DNA of 63,929 nucleotides, counting the filler, from Craspedostauros australis (Eukaryota): NCBI GenBank assembly GCA_030167865.1. It is 14 parts of 14 records of this genome, joined end to end, with 100 filler letters (N's around TTAATTAATTAA, not from the genome) between each part and the next. Parts side by side here need not be neighbours in the genome. Positions count along the whole stretch, not along the records: positions 61,670 to 62,773 come from JALAGF010002424.1; positions 62,874 to 63,929 come from JALAGF010002430.1; 12 more parts are not named here. One strand, given 5' to 3'. The notes beneath the pieces are model-generated. The model saw nothing but the letters and a program-made list of their open reading frames with translations, made no database searches and was not told where the DNA came from. Both the position numbers and the translations under genes were made by a program. Positions 61,570 through 63,929 of the stretch are shown piece after piece (position 1 is the stretch's first letter; every line of letters begins with the position of its first letter).

Positions 61570-62873
61570 NNNNNNNNNNNNNNNNNNNNNNNNNNNNNNN
61601 NNNNNNNNNNNNNTTAATTAATTAANNNNNNNNNNNNNNNNNNNNNNNNNNNNNNNNNNNNNNNNNNNNATGCGCCCAGATTTTTCTGTCCTTCATGGAG
61701 TGGATAGATGGGGGGTGTGCGGAGCCAATGTGGTGCGCGGATTATGAAAATGCCAGGGATGATAATGATGATCATGGGTGCTGAAGGTAGGGCAGCATGG
61801 TGCCATCGAGAATTTTTGCCACCCACCACCTGACTGACAGCAAGCCAAAACGACATAAAAAATAAAGTTCATAAAATTCAACTTTGATATTCAGAATAAG
61901 CGATAGCCAATCGTCCGAATGAACTGTCTAGTTTTAATTTTAAATGGTGTGTTGTTGAGATATAACATCATAAGCAGTTGTTTGGATGGTTTTGGGTGTG
62001 CTCTANTTTAGTCTACTTTATCACGACTCATCACGAGTAAAACTCAAAAAACACTCCACAACTAGTGTTATCGTGAGTGCATCAACTGCGATCTAGACCT
62101 CGTATGCTTGCTGTACGACTACGCATTCCAGCACAGGAAGGAGAAGGATATCCCTGGTGAGATTTTCGCGTCTCAGGACGCATGGCCGAGGAACCGTGCC
62201 CTGAGACGCATGGACCCCACCGGGATCTGGGTTCCTTCTTCGTTTCTCCATCCCTTCTCTGCCTGTTGTTCTGTTGCGATTGTTTCCTGTGGTTACTGCT
62301 GCTGGGATCAAATGGAATCCTGCACACAGTATCCAACTATCTTACTATACATCACGGATCTATAATATAATAGCTTGCATTTCCATCAACGCAATTGCAC
62401 CGCATTATAGTGTATCATTGTATGTACAACGTTATCGTTCGTGGCTGATCCCTAAACTTACATCTCGAAATCAAGAGACCGAGGAAGATGACGTTCGATG
62501 AAAGAAGCGCGACAAACATTCGCAGATGAACAGGGGGCGGAGAAAGGGGGGACGAGAAACGAAGAAGGAACCCAACAATCGCGGCGGTGTTCTCGTTCGC
62601 TCCCGTGCTTTGTGCTGCGCACATGCATCTCGATGCTTGGGGGTTCATGTGTCAGGACACACAGAGCCACGTTCTCCCTGTACCCACCACGTAGGCCATC
62701 TCATTGAGGATATGTCAACAACCAGCTGCTCTCTGTCTGCTTTACCTCTCCAGTTCGCTCGCATACCCAAGGGNNNNNNNNNNNNNNNNNNNNNNNNNNN
62801 NNNNNNNNNNNNNNNNNTTAATTAATTAANNNNNNNNNNNNNNNNNNNNNNNNNNNNNNNNNNNNNNNNNNNN

Positions 62874-63172
62874 ATCAACACAACTGCGTGGTGTTGAAGG
62901 ATGCAGCAACGAGAATGGCAGCTCGAAACATGCAGACTTTACTCGCTCGTGAAGATTTCAGCAAGCTGATTCTACATCCCCACCTGATGGGAGGCATTCA
63001 GGCCATCTGCAGTGGGAGAGCGGTAAGCAATGAAGTTGATGACAAGTACAGTGCCATGTCCATGATGGATTTGTACAAGGTTGTGGATGAAAGTGAGGGT
63101 ACAGCACAAGTGGATTCATACATGGATCGTGCAACGTTGATGAACCTCGTGCGGTCCGTCGCACCTGGCTGA
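62874..63172 (+). CDS. C-terminal fragment of a probable BTB/BACK-type protein
   Basis: LKDAATRMAARNMQTLLAREDFSKL resembles the post-BTB helical motif; 5'-truncated by a gap. Confidence 0.45.
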
Positions 63173-63929
63173 GGCCGATGGCGCTGCCGCTGGAGAAGAG
63201 GAGTGAATCACAACAACAGTAGACAGAAGTGAGCGTGTCATGAAGAAGAGGAAATGAATAGGCTGTAATCAGAGAAGTAACTACTCCACCATATTTCGTA
63301 AGATAGTTATCAGTGATACATCCAATGGTGCGCCCGGCAAATCTTGGATCTCGCCTTTGGTGACTCGCGCAGCGTGCTGTTCTACGCACGGCCGTATCGT
63401 TCGCAGCACAGCCTGGCTGGCTGGACAGCAAGGCATGCTCTTTGGCCAATACATTGCTGATGATCATGCCGCTGAGCAGCAGATGATCCTGGTTGGTGAA
63501 CAGCACGTTGGTGTACCATACAGCATCATGGGGCAGTGTGGCATGACGATGATGGTCTGGCCACCACTGTTGTCTCCGTGGTCGTCGTCGCCAATCAAGT
63601 GCTTTCCGCGTTCGTTGGTTTCAATGATGTGGAAGGAGTTGTGTGGAAAAGGAAGGTGGTATCCGCTGGCGTCATGCATGGATCGTCGTACTCCACTGCA
63701 ACTGGACGGCGCAGGATGAATGCATCGCGACTGTTGGCTTGTTGGTGTTGCTTCCGCCGTTGTTGGATGGTATCACGCAAGGCACAAGCGCATGCCAGCT
63801 GCCACATGGGCTCCAGATGCGGCCGGCAAGGATGACGAGCCATGGGGTAATAGAGCCCAAACGTAATGGCTGTTGTCTTGTTGGCTGTTCTTTAGCTGTA
63901 GGCAGAGGCTTGACTGGCAAGCGATCCGG

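Overview
Eukaryotic genomic scaffold, most likely from a pennate diatom. The evidence is intron-containing genes, bipartite plastid-targeting leaders, CoDi-like Ty1/copia elements and a diatom-type ZEP1/VDL2 pair. Thirteen artificial N44-TTAATTAATTAA-N44 spacers join the contigs, so adjacency across them is unproven. The left half (1-29.6 kb) and right end (59.7-63.9 kb) are short, repeat-rich contigs. They hold copia and LINE fragments, a dispersed ~750-bp LTR family, PRMT5 and ankyrin pseudogenes, a partial fatty acyl-AMP-ligase-like gene, a PTSA-repeat/Cys-rich cell-surface protein, a large single-pass membrane protein and a membrane-anchored EF-hand protein. The gap-free contig at ~29.6-59.8 kb is gene-dense: RPL23A, two tandem plastid-targeted paralogs of unknown function, two low-complexity proteins, a TTC4/Cns1 co-chaperone, head-to-head ZEP1-like and VDL2-like genes (fucoxanthin pathway), a lumenal FKBP, LSM14, a bacterial-type RNase HII, a CIA30-like protein and a Cys-rich secreted protein. 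The best lead is a plastid/carotenoid neighbourhood in which ZEP1-VDL2 is physically linked to a lumenal FKBP and two uncharacterised plastid proteins. All assignments come from motif recognition by eye; no searches were run.
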